The position numbers were made by a program, and so were the translations under genes. A DNA stretch of 64,000 nt from Lama guanicoe. Its lineage: Eukaryota. Shown here one piece after another: positions 1-13,073 of the stretch. Where the stretch lies: assembly GCA_013239625.1 (NCBI GenBank), contig MU054391.1, positions 3,987,824 through 4,051,823 on the forward strand. The letters run 5' to 3'. Under the pieces are notes generated by a model. The model was not told the origin of the DNA, made no database searches, and worked only from the letters and a program-made list of their open reading frames with translations. Position 1 is the stretch's first letter; each line of letters starts with the position of its first letter.

Positions 1-204
1 GATTTCAAAATTGTAGAACAGATAAACAAGATTACACTGTATAGCACAGGGAAATATACACAAAATGTTATGATAAATCACAGAGAAAAAAATGTGACAA
101 TGAGTGTGTATATGTCCATGTATGACTGAAAAATTGTACTGAACACTGGAATTTGACACAACACTGTAAAATGATTATGAATCAATAAAAAGGTAAAAAA
201 AAAA
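1..204 (+). mobile_element. L1 (LINE-1) 3' UTR end with poly(A), camelid-type younger subfamily, cut by the window start
   Basis: Sequence ...ACTGTATAGCACAGGGAAATATAC...ATGACTGAAAAATTGTACTGAACACTGGAA...AATAAAAAGGTAAAAAAAAA matches the recalled artiodactyl/camelid L1 3' UTR; AATAAA followed by an A-tail. Confidence 0.85.
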
Positions 205-2450
205 GAGAATAAAAGCTAAAATGCATGTAGATTAGAAAAAGCAAATCAAAAACACCTCCGTTTTCAGACAACATGACTAAACACCTTAGTTCTCAGGCAA
301 CACGGTTATCCAGACTCTAATAAAATGCCTCTAGAACTAAAAACAATGAGTTTAGCAGTGTCGTAAGATAGTAAAATATGGAGGGTCGTACTTCTATGTA
401 CTAGCAATGGACAACCAGAGGTAGCGATTTTAAAATACACACAACACTCAAATATGAATAATTGGGGACAAATTAGCCAAATAATGTACAAGAACTATAC
501 ACTGAACACTGCCAGAATATTACTAAGAAAAATTAAATAAATACATGGGTTATGTGTGGTTATGGACTACATTTTTCCCCCAGAATCCACATGTTGAAGC
601 TGTAACACCCAATATGTCAGAATGTGACTGTATTTGGAAACGAGACTTTAAAGGGGTGGCTAAGTTAAAATGAGGCCATCAGGGTGGGGTCCTCATACAA
701 CAGGGCTGGTTGGTGTCCTTTTAAGAAGAGAAAGACACACTGGAGGTAAGTGTCCACAGAGCAATGACCACACGAGGACACAGGGAGAAGGTGGCCGTTC
801 ACAAACCATGGGGAGAAGCCAAGCCAGCCAACACCTGGGTGTTGGGCTCTTAGCCTCCAGAACCATGAGGAAATGAGGTCTCGCTGTGATAGGCGCTCAG
901 CCCGCGGCACTTTGTTACGGCAGTCCTTGCAAACTAAAGCATGTACTCACCCATCAGAAGACTCAGTGTTGTTAAGATGCTAATTCTCTGCAAAATGACC
1001 TACTGATTCAACACGAACCCAGTGGAACTCTCAGAAGATTCTTGTAGACTTTGACAAACAGATGCGAAGATTTACATTGTGAATTCAGAGGTGCTTATTT
1101 TAGGCAGGGCAAATCAGAGAACTTCAACTACTTAAATTTAGCACATACTATAAAGCTCCTGCAATCAAAATAGTATGAATATATATATATATATATACAC
1201 ACATTTGTATGTATGTATACAGAGAGAAAGACCAGTGAAACACAAAGGAGAGTTCAGAAATAAAACCACTCATGTGGCTAATTGATTTTCAACAAAAGGG
1301 CAAAAAGAATTTAATGGAGAATAGTCTTTTCAAGAAATGGGATTGGGAAAACTGGGTAGTGATATAAAAATAGGTAACTCTCAACAGTATATGGTATACA
1401 CAAAAAATAATGCAAAATACATTGTTCAACTAAATCTAAAAGTTAAAACTATAATTTTTTAGAGCAAATTTAAGAAACAAATCTTTGTGACTTTGGAGTT
1501 GACAAAGATTTGACACAATAGGCAATACCTATTAAAGAAAAATGCAAAAAATGCTGTCAATTTCTGTTTTTCAAAAGGCATAGTTACAAAAAAAAAAAGA
1601 AAATCACATATTGTGAGAAATATTGCATATATATTTTCCCCCAAAGGACTCATATATAGAATAAGTGAAAATACGCTTAGAATTCAGCAATTAAAAAGAT
1701 GAATAAATCCATTAAAGTAAGTTGAACAGGTACTAATCCAAAAAAAAGTTTTGTGAGTTGTCAATAAACACATGAGTAACTATGAAATATCACTAATCAT
1801 CGTGGAAATTTAAGGTAAAACCCTAATGAGCTATAACTACACACCCACTTGGATGGCTAAAATATAAATAAAGCTGACAGCACCCAGTGAGGGCCAAGGA
1901 ACTCTCGTACGTTGCTGATGAGAACATCAAATGATGACAACGGCTTTGGAAAATTATTTAGCAGTTTCTTACAAGTTTAACCAGAAACTTACTGCGTGAC
2001 CCACCCAACGATTCTCTGCCTAGGTATTTACACAAGAGAAATAAAAATACATATCCTCAAAATATATACATCCACAAATACATAATCCACAAAAGACACA
2101 TCCATATGCACACCAGTGTGCGTAACAGCTTTATTCATTATAGCGTTCGCCTGGAAACAACCCAAACGTCCGTCATCATGGGAATGGGTAAACAAGATGC
2201 AAAATACGCGTATAATGGAATGATATTAACAATAACAAGGAATTAAGTAATGTCCTGTGAATATGAATAAAGCTCAGAAATACTATGCTGAACAAAAAAA
2301 GCCAGGCAAAAGAGAACATAGACACAATTCCATTTGTGCAGAATCTAGGAAAGACGAATCTCACTCGTACAACGAGTAAGCGGATCGTGGGTACCTTCCC
2401 GCAAGGCTAAGAACCGACTGGGAAGGGTACTGGGAGGTTGCAGTGGGAGT
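205..2450 (+). mobile_element. Old L1M (L1MC/ME-like): decayed ORF2 C-terminal region plus 3' UTR, interrupted by an MLT1 LTR
   Basis: Degenerate L1 landmarks in the expected order: GAAGACTCAGTGTTGTTAAGATG (~958), ATTGATTTTCAACAAAAG (~1281), CACACCCACTTGGATGGCTAAAAT (~1840), GCTTTATTCATTATAGC (~2128), AAAAAAGCCAGGCAAAAGAG (~2295). A-rich plus strand, no intact ORF. Confidence 0.8.
557..941 (+). mobile_element. MLT1 (ERVL-MaLR) solo LTR, MLT1A/B-like, nested in old L1
   Basis: TTATGGACT...GAATGTGACTGTATTTGGAAA...GTTAAAATGAGGCCATCAGGGTGGGG...TTTGTTACGGCAGTCCTTGCAAACTAAAGCA is the typical MLT1 layout; L1 homology resumes on both sides. Confidence 0.85.
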
Positions 2451-3844
2451 GGTAGTTGAGCATTTTCCCAAAGCAGGCAAAGACTGTCTGCAGCCCAGGC
2501 TGAATCCGAGTGAACAAAAATGTCAAAGCCAGAGCCATTTGGCTGTCTTGGAGCAGCACAAAGGATTGCCCTCTGGGGCCTCCTTATACTACTGATGTTT
2601 TCTGGGCCAGCCCACAGGTCCTTACCAGGGGCAATGAGCAAGAAGAGAGCTAGGCGTCAGTGACTGTCAAGATCGCTGTAAATCTGTTCCACCTTCTTAA
2701 CCTCCGCGGTGCAGAGAGCTGTTTACGACATCGATCTGTATTTTGTTCCCTCCCAGGAGGGCCACGAGAAGATAATGACACACATACCAACGGGCATGTG
2801 GAAAACGGGCAGTCAGAGGATTCAGCTTGGGAATGTCTTTGGGAAATTCTCAAAACACGACCACGGGTTGTCTGAACTCTGCCAGTTCCACCTCCTAAAT
2901 GCATTGCCTTCCATCTGTCCCTCCTCTTCCCAGCCCCCACCGCCAGCGCCCCGGCGCGAGTCTCCCACCCTGGCTTTGGCTCCCGCAGGAACCTCACCAC
3001 TGACCTTCTTGCTCTAATCACATATTTGCCCTCTCACGCATTTGCTCTTCGTTTGGAGTAATTTATTCAAAACATAAAACTGACTGAGAGACAGCTCTGA
3101 TTAATAATCTCAGATGGCCTTTCAGTGCCTGTGGGAAAAGAGCTAACTTCTTGGGTTATGGGAACGTTTTCAACATGGCTCCAACCCCGCAAGCACCGTG
3201 TAACCCGACCTGCGGGTCCCTCCAACTTGGAATCTCTCTCTCTTTCTCAGAAGCTTCTAGGTCTTTCTCTGACCACTCAGTTCCCAAGTTCTGAGAGAGG
3301 AACTGATGATCCTCACATCTTTCATTAAAATGTATAGGTTTTTAGAAGACTGAGTGGATTTCTTTCCCATCAGATGATCACTCATGAACTAGCCAATCTG
3401 AGGGTGGAAGTGAGGTGCTGGCAAAGAGGAGGAGGGGCTGGGTGGGCGTCCTGATGAGCAAGGGTGGGTCTCGGAGGGGGTCCTGGAGTGGACAGAGGTG
3501 CGATGGGCATTTCTTCCCCAATTTCTGAAAGCACCATGTGTTCTACTGTATGTAGAAATCATGTTTTCATTTTTTGTCTGGTGCCAAGTGCTTAATTCTG
3601 GCCTTAATCCTCAACCATTTCCATCAATATACCCTTCACAGAGTCTCCACTCTACATCAGACACTGGATACTGACACGTACCTAGTCCAGTGGTTTATCA
3701 GTTTTCAGATTCTAAGAACTGGCCTGGCGGATAAGGAATTGTGGTCATTCATTCATTTAATACATACTTATTAAACATCAACCATGTGACATGCTTCTTT
3801 ATGAAGCTCAAGTGTTTAACAAACTGGGTAGAGATCTTTACTCT

Positions 3845-4058
3845 ACGGTGTTTCTCCAAGTATGAGAGGAGGCCTGCCTGCATTAGAATCACATGGGCCC
3901 TACTGAATAGGCAGACTCCTGAGTTAACACATAAATTAAAAAAAAAAATACCCAAAACAAAAAAACCCCAAAAACCTCATGCACCTAAAAATATAATATA
4001 TGCATTTTTAACAAAGATCCTAAGTGATACTTAAACATAGTAAGTTTGAGAAATTCTG
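3845..4058. mobile_element. MER5A-like hAT-Charlie DNA transposon relic
   Basis: CTGCATTAGAATCACATGGG...TGCATTTTTAACAAAGATCCTAAGTGATAC...AGTTTGAGAAATTCTG matches the MER5 pattern; an A-rich expansion sits inside. Confidence 0.6.
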
Positions 4059-4254
4059 GTCAAGTAGTGATATAATCATATGGGATTCAGTAAGCATGTG
4101 ATCAATACATTAATTGAAAGAAAAAAACATGAATTACATTTGGCTGTGTTTCTGACCTCTAAACATATCTAAAAAGCATTAGTGATCAGAGTGGTCCGTG
4201 TCCCACAGTTCGATCATTCGGCCTTCCCCACATTGCGGTTCTCTTAATGCCTTT

Positions 4255-4370
4255 GGTCTCTGTAGCCCATTCACTGTGAGGGCAGGGGACGTGTCCTGTG
4301 TCTAACCATCATTCTGTCTTACGCTAGGAAGCACAGCAGCGGAATATGCATTCAAGTAACACTGAACATC
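4255..4370 (+). mobile_element. L2 3' end fragment
   Basis: CTGTGAGGGCAGGGGACGTGTCCTG...GCACAGCAGCGGAATATGCATTCAAGTAACACTGAA resembles the L2 terminus. Confidence 0.5.
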
Positions 4371-5092
4371 CATATGAGCTAAGATGCAGCGCTGCCTTGT
4401 GCATGCAGGGAGCACAAAGGGGGCCTTTGAGCCTTTCCTGCTCCACAGTTTGGATAGATAGCTTGGTGGTGACCATTTGCGGGGACACAGAAGTAGCGCT
4501 CACGCTTCCTGATGTGACGCCTTCTTGATTAATGTCACTATTCAGCTGGATCTCTAACCACTCAAGCCTTCGGATGCTCCTGGGACTCTTCTTTTCTTAC
4601 CAGGCTCCTGGTTCCACTGCTGCTTCAAACCTGGAGTGAAGGCATTTCAGATGAGGACGGAGTCACCACCACTCCGTGTAGCCCTGGATTCCTTCATGTG
4701 ATGAGCTCTTCGGATGGTCCAAAGTCAAGAAGCGTGGCTGGGAGGTGAAGAACCAAGGCTGGGCTGACAGCTCCAGTTCTGTGCTGGGTTTTCTCTGATG
4801 TCATTTTGCAAACTCACTCCAGCAATCTGTGATGCTTCAAGCCGAGGACCGGCATCTTCCTTCAGTGAAACAAGCATCGTACAAGAGGGTGTGACCTTGT
4901 CATGTACACGTGCTGGGACTTGATCATGCCCTAATCACATTTCCTGATCTTATGCCAACGTTTTACCCCCACCTCCCTTTTCTTTCTCTAGATCAATGAA
5001 AAAGAAGCTACTTGGTAAAGAGCTGTGTTTGCTTAAATAGATATTTTTAGTTTTATCCATTTTGAAATAAAAAAGGATGCAGTAACGAATGC

Positions 5093-5516
5093 ATTTTTTA
5101 ATGAAGTAGAGTTATTTACAATGTTGTGTCCACTTCTGGTATACAGCATAGCAATTCAGTTATAAATACTGTCTTTTATATTCTTTTTCATTATGGGTTA
5201 TTACAAATATTGAATAAGGTCCCCTGTGCTCTACAGTAGGACCTTGCTGTTTATCTATTTTATATACAGTAGTGTGTATTTGCAAATCCCAAACTCCTAA
5301 TTTATCCCTTCCCCGCCTTTTCCCTTTGGTAACCATAAATTTGTTTTATATCTCTGTAACTCTGTTTCTGTTTTGTGATAGGTTCATCTGAGTAATGTTT
5401 TAAAAATTCCACATGTAAGTGATATCATATAGTATTTGTCTTTCTCTGTCTGACTTACTTCACTTAGTATGATCATCTCTGGGTCCATCCATGTTGCTGC
5501 AAATGGCATCATTTCA
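5093..5516 (-). mobile_element. 5'-truncated L1 3' end (artiodactyl/camelid subfamily)
   Basis: Poly(T), then ATTTACAATGTTGTG...CCCTGTGCTCTACAGTAGGACCTTG...GGTAACCATAAATTTGTTTT...GTCCATCCATGTTGCTGCAAATGGCAT; same family as the copy at 49763-50247. Confidence 0.9.
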
Positions 5517-5699
5517 CATGAATTACGTCCTAACGAAATGGTTCCTCTGTGTGTCAGTTCTTTAGAAATGCGTCTTGCTTCCTAAACAACCTTGTCTCCT
5601 CTAGAAAGCTGATCAGAACTGCTTAACATACCAAGCTGCAGAGCTTGAACGACGAATGCAGATACTTTGAATCATTTCTTTCTTTAAATAAAAGCAGTA

Positions 5700-5790
5700 T
5701 GTTTTTTCCCTCCCTCCCTCTTTCCCTCCCTCCCTCTTTCCCTCCCTTCCTTTCCTTCTTTTCTTTTCCATCTTCTCCCTCTTTCCTTCT
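5700..5790. repeat. CT-rich low-complexity tract
   Basis: Directly visible (CCCT/CCTT/CTTT)n. Confidence 0.8.
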
Positions 5791-5977
5791 ACAGCTATCT
5801 TCTTATTCAATATTATACTCGCTTTTGTATATCTCCCCACCAATATCTTTGAACAGAATCTTAAAAGCACTTTTGCTTCAAAAGTTCCTCTTTTTTGAAA
5901 AGGTCTTGTAGGTGCAGCAACAAAACACATGCACAGAAAAATCTCACTGGTTTCATTTGGCTGCAGACATAACCTTT

Positions 5978-6168
5978 TATTCTTTCCCCTTTTTTTCTCC
6001 TGCTTCCCCCCTCCCTCCCCTCCTCCCTTCCTTCATCCCCCCATTCCTTCCTTCCTTCTGCCTTCTCCATTTTGAAATACATCTATTATTCAGTATTGCT
6101 GTTGATTCATAGTCACTAAACGTGCCATTGTTCATGACCGAACGTGCTATTTTACTATAGACATTTTC
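5978..6168 (-). repeat. Copy A of a long-range inverted duplication (partner 19989-20146)
   Basis: By hand, the reverse complement of 6046-6168 aligns to 19989-20108 with 106/120 identities plus one 3-bp indel; the adjoining CT/GA tracts also correspond. Confidence 0.9.
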
Positions 6169-9100
6169 AAAAACAAATTCCTGAAGTTTTAACGGTGATG
6201 AAGAAATAAGCCTCCGCATCTGAGAATGGTGCTCACCCATTTTGTTTCCATTTTCTCCTCTTTGTTTTCATTCGGATGCCAGAGCAATTTTCATCTCCTG
6301 CTGAGCACTCCCTGTTGAAAAGCTAAGTGTTTCAAATAGAATGGGCAAGATTCAACGCACTGCCGTACATCCCAGCAAGTGAAGGACACACCATCTGACC
6401 ATTAGCACCCCACTGGGCCTCAGAAGGACCGTTCCGCCTCAGCTGAATGTCATTTCAGCCAGTAACAATTATTTACTTCTGGAAAAAAATTTGCTCAGGG
6501 ACGTGGAGCCAACTGGTGCTTTTGATTTCAAGGCCTGCTTGGTTATTCCTAAATTTCAGCTTGGGAAAAAAATTTGCAATTACCTCTCGAGAACATGCCA
6601 TTTCACAGGCACTGTAATGGCATTTCACTGCGAGGAGAGAGCCAGTTTTATTGTAAGATGCACCACCAGGTTCCTCATCGAGGAAACGGCTTTTCTCAGA
6701 CTCAATTTACCTTTGATGGGGCAAAACTCACCAATTTTCCAAATCTAAGCCTTTTCATCATGTAAAATTTATGCTAAATTCATAATTCTCTTATATGCAA
6801 ATAAGAAATAAAAAAAAGCACACAAATGTCCAACCCTCCATAATGTCCAGTGTTCCTTCTGGCAAAAACAAAAATCACTTTTTCCCTGTAGACTTAGAGC
6901 ACTCTGTGTGAGCTCTGTTACAGTGATTACCCCATCTTCAGTGCATCACATAGATCTGCCAGGCCACCTCTGCTTTCCTGCCGCCCAAATGGTCCCTTGG
7001 CAACTGGAGTGTAAACTCCTGCCTTGCTTTGTACACTGACTTACATCTAATAGATATAATTATATGTTATATATTGTTATCCGTTAATTGTATATAATTA
7101 ATAGTATTGAATGTATTAGTAAAAATTCGTGGACTATGAATTAAACACATGTGTGCGTATAGACCTGTATGTCCTGCTGACTCCTGCAGGTCCTTCTCAA
7201 TTCACCGTGTGAAACCTACATGAAAATGGAAGCAATAGACGTATAAAGAGTCATTGGAATAAACCGACTCTTCCCTCCCCTCAATTTCATCTGCTGTTTG
7301 CATTCCTGTCATGTATCACCTGTGACAATTGTCATTTTACATAAAACCCAGTGGACGAAGGCTTTTTCTTTTCTTCCTTTCTTTGGTTTTGTTTTGGCTT
7401 AGTTCGGTTTTGGTAGAGGAAATTGGTATATTTGTAAGCCTCAACGATGACTGTGGTATTTGCTGGCCTTGTAGAACTGCAGCCTACATCATTCTTTAGG
7501 GGAAGAGATTCAGCCTGACATCTCCACAAGTTCTGCAGGGGGGCCCTTAGAGGACCGCCTTGACGTGGTCACTCTCTGTGCTCAGAGCTCTCAGAGGCAG
7601 CTTCTGCTGGGTTCCTACAACACTGGCCGGCACAGACACAGCGGTACGAGAAAGCCACGCCTTACTGAGCATCCAGCTCTATTTGTAAACTACGGGCTTC
7701 TTTCTTTTCTTGCCAACTCCCTCCTTTCTTTGGAAATGAACAGCATCTTCAGGTGACACAAGAATCAGTTATCACTATAAGTTTGTGTAATCTAGGTATG
7801 TAATGTTTTAGCATGTGTGTGCATGTGTGTTTTCTGTTTTTCCTGTCCAATGAAGTATCATTTACGTACCACGAGGTAGTGGTTACTGTCAGAATATTTT
7901 ATGCAAATTTAAGGCTAGTTAGTTAACATGAAGAGGTCAAACACTCGCAAGACTCGGCAGATTTCAAATACTTTGCACAGTTTTTCCTTGATGCTGGTCT
8001 TAGATGCAAGTCTCCTTCTGCTACTCTTAACTATGCGCCTGTGAGCAGAGTAGTTCAGGCCACTGGCTCTCACGATCTTCACCAGCAGAATAAGAACATC
8101 TCCGCGCCTGGCGTGCTGTGACGCTGTCGTATGAAACAGAACAGGAGGGTGCTTTGAAAACTGGGAAGCGGCCTGTGTTTCTAAGACATCCCGATGATCG
8201 CAGTACTGTGCTGGCCAGGGCACCCGGCTGTGGGCGCTCCTCGTCTGCTTCAGAATAGGGTTCCCATGAGGAAGAAAGGAGAAACAAACAGGGTACGTCT
8301 GCAAACAGCCGCAGAAGCAGGAGTAGCTGAGGCTCTGTAGCCAAATATGATGACTCAACAACTAAGCACAGAGATGACTCCAGAGGCAGGGTGGGTGCAG
8401 TGGAAAGGCGCCCCGAGGGCTCACAGCTTACAATAAAGTGACTATCTGATCAGCTCAGAGTCTTGGGGACCATCTGGGTGTGAATTCAAGTGGATTTTAT
8501 TGTTTATTATATATTTTTTTCAAAGATGGTTAACGTTTCCTAGATTATCTCTGTCCCAGCCCACCTACCTCACAGTAAGTATCATGATACAAGTTCTACA
8601 TCCTAACACGCATGAAAAAATCTCTTCATTGCCAGAGAAATAGAAGAGATTTCAATATGAGAAACATTGCTGCATCAAAGCTGGACCGTTCTGATTCTCG
8701 TAGATGCAGACGATGGTGAGGATGGATGCGTATTTCCCAGAAGCAGTCTTCCAGTTTCTCCGGTGTCCCGTGCTTTCTATCAGTAGATCTCTGAGAATCA
8801 GACAAGCTTTGAGGCTTGTCATGAGTCAGGAGTGACGTAGATTTCTGAGGTGCGAGATGAGTAGAAAGACTGGTGACACCAGCTGTATTTAGGAAAGGGT
8901 CCGGCAGGAGCCTCTCTTCTACCCTGTCTGCCTCTGTGCTCTTACGGGACCACGGTCCCTCTCATCAACTCTGTCTTTCATATCACCCCGCTTTCTCTGG
9001 ACCTCCCATAATCTCTGAGTGATGCTTTCTTTGTTCCCACGCCCCCTTCACAGCAGCAGGAAGCGTCCCCATGCTCACGCTCTGTCTCTGATGCTGGCAT

Positions 9101-10734
9101 CTCCCTCACGGCCTCCGCCTTGCAAAATTCTCATCATGGTGGCCAGACTCGCTGTAACCATCAGACGAGCCTGTGTCTCATTCGTCTTTCTTAACCAAAC
9201 ATGTTTTTTTTTAAATTTAGTCAACTGGATAGAAAAGTATATTTTCAAATATCCCAGATGTGAATTGCTAAGCCCTGGTGAGTAGCCCATAGTGAGATCT
9301 TTGCAGTTCTTATAAATTACAAGAGTAAAATAAACCCATAATAATTGGAGTGAATTGAAATTATTCATCATGGAGGCATCTCCTCTGTGAGATTCTAAAT
9401 CACCATCCTAACCCCAGAGCATTCATTGTGTATACAAATGCATTTGCTTTGTGCTGCTCTTTTTCCATCCCATTTCCAGGAAAGAATAATTTTCCCAAAC
9501 AGATTAGTCCATCAACAAATGATGGCAAACCAGACTACAATGCATATTGCTCCAATTGCTGGATCTGGGGCATGGCACACTGCTCCACTGGTAGAAACTG
9601 AGAAGCTACAATTTGTCTGTGTTGTGATCGGTATATGAAAGCTTGTACTTGGGCAGATAAGTGGCCCAAACTCAAAATGGTCAGATTGTCTTCACCTAAG
9701 AGAGACTAAAGGGCCAGTCACAAACCAATACAAGTTTTAGCTCCGTTGAATGCAAGCTATTCATAATGTCAATTATCCCCACCTTCCCACAACTCTTTAA
9801 AATACAGCGATAAACGAGTTTTCTCATAGGACTGGTTCATAAACCTTGAACTAGAAGCACGTAGAAGAAATAATGATGAAATGAAATAAAGAAAACTAGG
9901 GAAGCCAGTTTGGGGTTGTCAAGGCAGGTTGCAAGGTTATTGGAGAAATAGTAACTCAGAAAGGACAAGAAATCAGCGACTTCGATCAGGCATAATTCAA
10001 CACTAAAATCAGCATTTCTTGAAGAAAAAGATAAAGGACTGCTAGAATGGAAAAATGGTTTCCCAAAGCTAGTTTTGCCAAGTGCAGGTAAGAGGATGTG
10101 GAGACATCTTGATTAGGTAGAAATCAGGGGGCCCAGCCGACGCGGACGGCGGCAAGCCACACGCGCCCCGTCTCGTGTTGCCGGTCTGCTCCGAATACCT
10201 GGCACTGGTGTTTACGGAGAGTCCTCCAGGTGTGACCTGCCGTTCCCTCGCCGCCCAAGACTTAGGCACCACAGTCTTATTTTTCTTTAGAAGAAAGAGG
10301 CCCTACCCTGTGCAGGTTGCGATATGAAATACTTACTTTTTGAGAAAAGACAGCTGTGATTCTTTGATAGATCCATAAGGAAGAAAGTCAAGTCAAATGG
10401 ACCTAAAAAACATTTCATGCGAAATACAGTGAATTCGACTATCTGACCCTGGGGTCAACATGACAGTCAAAGTAAACAATTTTCGATCACTTTAAAAATT
10501 AGTTCACAATGCAATATTTGAACTAACTTACCTGTGCTTTACGAAAGGACTAGACGCCTGATCACTGCCCTCGTTCACTGAGAAGACAGTGGTGGTGAAG
10601 GGAGCCTTGGTTTCCTCTTTCAGAAACGAAGGCCTGCAGACCCAAGGCAGTGCTGTCATTCCTGCAGCAGCCACAGCTGCTAGGACAGTTTTGGCAAGTT
10701 CTCATATATAATGCCTGATCTGGTTCTCCTAGTT

Positions 10735-10860
10735 AAATACATTCAACGCCAGTTTCTCGTTATTGAAATGAGGATGTTTCCAACCATGTGGGGTTGCTGT
10801 GGAAATTCAGTGAGATGCTCCAAATAAAATTATAGGTCACATTGCTTGAAAATACGAGGC
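10735..10860 (+). mobile_element. MIR fragment
   Basis: CAGTTTCTCGTTATTGAAATGAGGATG...GGGTTGCTGTGGAAATTCAGTGAGATG resembles the MIR core. Confidence 0.55.
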
Positions 10861-11204
10861 CCATTTCTTCATGTACCAAAACAAAGGAGGATTTGAATGC
10901 CATTGCCATCAATGACTCCCCTCATGACGTAAGCTGCATATGACTCCTCACACATTTTGAACCACCAAGTAATTGGAAATTCAGAAAAATCGGCAATTTC
11001 CTCTCTGTCCTAAAGCACATCAACTCTCTGCAGAATTTCAGTTTTCCCTGTTTTGAAGTTTTTACTTAGTGTGTGTTCTCCTCTAAGAGTAAAATTATTT
11101 AAGTGCACTCTCTTTTGATAGCTTCACATGTGACAGAAACCAATGTTGGATTTCATGTTGACAAGGGATGGAAGAAAAATAAATGTAACAGATAATTACT
11201 GCAT

Positions 11205-11675
11205 ATGTGAGGGTAATTTGGCCACCAGTAAAAACACACTTCAATAAAAACAGATGAAATTATATGGGCATTTATTTACTATCTCATATATTAATGGAAT
11301 CCTGAGGTAAGGCAAGCACTCAGATCCTTACTCATTGACTCAAAAATGCGATTAGGATCCCAGCACATTCCAAATTTCTTCTATCTTTTCCTTAGTATGT
11401 TGGCACTTCCCTATACATTTGTCTAGTCACAGATCCCCAAAACTGCCAAACTCAACTAACCATATTATAAAGCAGGGTACGGGGTAATTTCTCCACAAAT
11501 TTCTCTTTATACCAGGAAAGAAAAGTTTACCCAGAAGCCCCATGGAGATGTCCCCTGGACAGTGTTGAGTAACAAGCCCACAGATGGCTGCAGGGAGACT
11601 GGGAAAAGGAAAAAAATCTGGCATTGCTCAGCGAGTTAGAAGGAAGGTAGAAATGGCTACTGAATAGATTAACCC
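11205..11675 (-). mobile_element. Old MLT1 (MLT1K/L-like) LTR
   Basis: ATTTATTTACTATCTCATAT...CCAGAAGCCCC...GGCTGCAGGGAGACTGGGAAA resembles old MLT1 LTRs in reverse orientation. Confidence 0.5.
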
Positions 11676-11694
11676 ATTTTGATGAAAACATTAT

Positions 11695-11754
11695 CTATCC
11701 ATTTGTCTATTCATCCATCCATCTACCTGTCCATCCATCTATTCCCCTCCCTTA

Positions 11755-11798
<44 letters not shown>

Positions 11799-11854
11799 TC
11801 TATCTATTATCTATCTGTCTTTCTATTTATCTTTCTGTCTATCTTTCTATCTAT
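11695..11854. repeat. Compound (TCCA)/(TCTG)n/(TCTA)n tetranucleotide microsatellite
   Basis: Directly visible; purest at about 11756-11810. Confidence 0.9.
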
Positions 11855-12089
11855 GTGAACCAAATGTACTGACTTGTCTCCATTGGCCAATCTCAGCATG
11901 TTGACAAAGCAAAGAGAGGAAAAGGGCAAGAGAGAGGAGAGAGGAAAGAAATAGACCATAAATCTGACCCTAAAATTCATTGACAAGACCTTTTCTCATT
12001 TTCTCTTATTCAAGCATGTTAAGAAAACAAATTGAGGGGGGGCACCTATTCCATTGAATTGTTCATGCATATCACTTCTTGTCCTTGGT

Positions 12090-12765
12090 TAGCTTCTTGA
12101 GTTGCTCAATGAACTCATTTATTTTCAGTCTTCCTTATTTTAATAATATGTATTTAAGGCTATTCATTTATATCAAAATTGTGTTTGCTATATGCCATGA
12201 GTTTGACTAGTAATAGCTCACATTGTCTGTTTTTCCTTTAACACTTGAGTTCTTCAAGGTCGTGTTTTAATTTTTTTTTTAATTTTTAAAGTTATAAAGG
12301 TAAGACTGTTTTCTTCTTTGTTTATTGTTAGTTTAAAAGTCTTATGGTCAGAGGGCTTTCACTATATATATATATATATATATTTTTTTTAGACTTTCTT
12401 TGTAATCAGTGCAAATAAAAATATTTAATATGGGCTTAAGAAGAACATGTATTTTATAGTTTGAGGGCATTTACATACACTTATATACATATATCAGATC
12501 ACATTTATAAATTATGTCATTGAAATATTTTTATTCTTGATATTTATTTTTCCAGCTTGACCTATCCTTGAGAAAAGATTATTGATTTTTCCCTATCATT
12601 AAGATGTTTTTCTCATTTACCCTAGAAATTTGGTTATATAATTTTTTCTAGAATATCTCAAGGTAAACAATTATATCTGATATATAAATACATATTTACA
12701 GACATATTTTAATCCATATGCTAACAGTAGTTTGTTAGTGCAAGAAGGATCTTAATTGTGAATAT
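12090..12765 (-). mobile_element. Highly decayed L1M ORF2 (endonuclease-region) fragment
   Basis: T-rich; TTATGGTCAGAG, TTAAGAAGAACATGTATTTT, TTGACCTATCCTTGAGAAAAG resemble antisense L1 ORF2 5' region. Contains (TA)n at about 12364-12382. Confidence 0.6.
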
Positions 12766-12851
12766 ACAACCCCAAGGGTGTTTAATTCCTATTTGAAAGG
12801 TGTGTTTAATCCCTATTTTAAAGAGTCTAATCAAAAGCCAGCATCATGAGG

Positions 12852-13073
12852 ATGTATAATAGTGCAGCCACTTTAAAAGACAGTTTGGCAGTTTCTTACA
12901 AAACTAAATATACTTTTACCATATGATCAGCAATTGTGTTTCTTGGTATTTACCCAAAGGAGTTCAAAGCTTATGTCCACACAAAACCCAGCACACAGAT
13001 GTTTATAGCAGCTTTATTCATAATTGCCAAAACTTGGAGCAAACCAGTGGCCTTTCAGTGGGTGAATGGATGA
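12852..13073 (+). mobile_element. L1MC-like fragment (ORF2 end / 3' UTR start)
   Basis: GCAGCCACTTT...CAGTTTGGCAGTTTCTTACAAAACTAAA...TTACCATATGATC...TATGTCCACACAAAA...GCAGCTTTATTCATAATTGCCAAAACTTGG. Confidence 0.85.

Noticed and set aside
5977..6240. Apparent paralogous small proteins (5977-6240 minus and 19911-20150 plus)
   Set aside because: Similarity covers only the duplicated DNA; the starts differ, one begins inside a MIR, and the C-termini are simple repeat. The 3-bp indel keeps the frame but is not enough evidence of coding.
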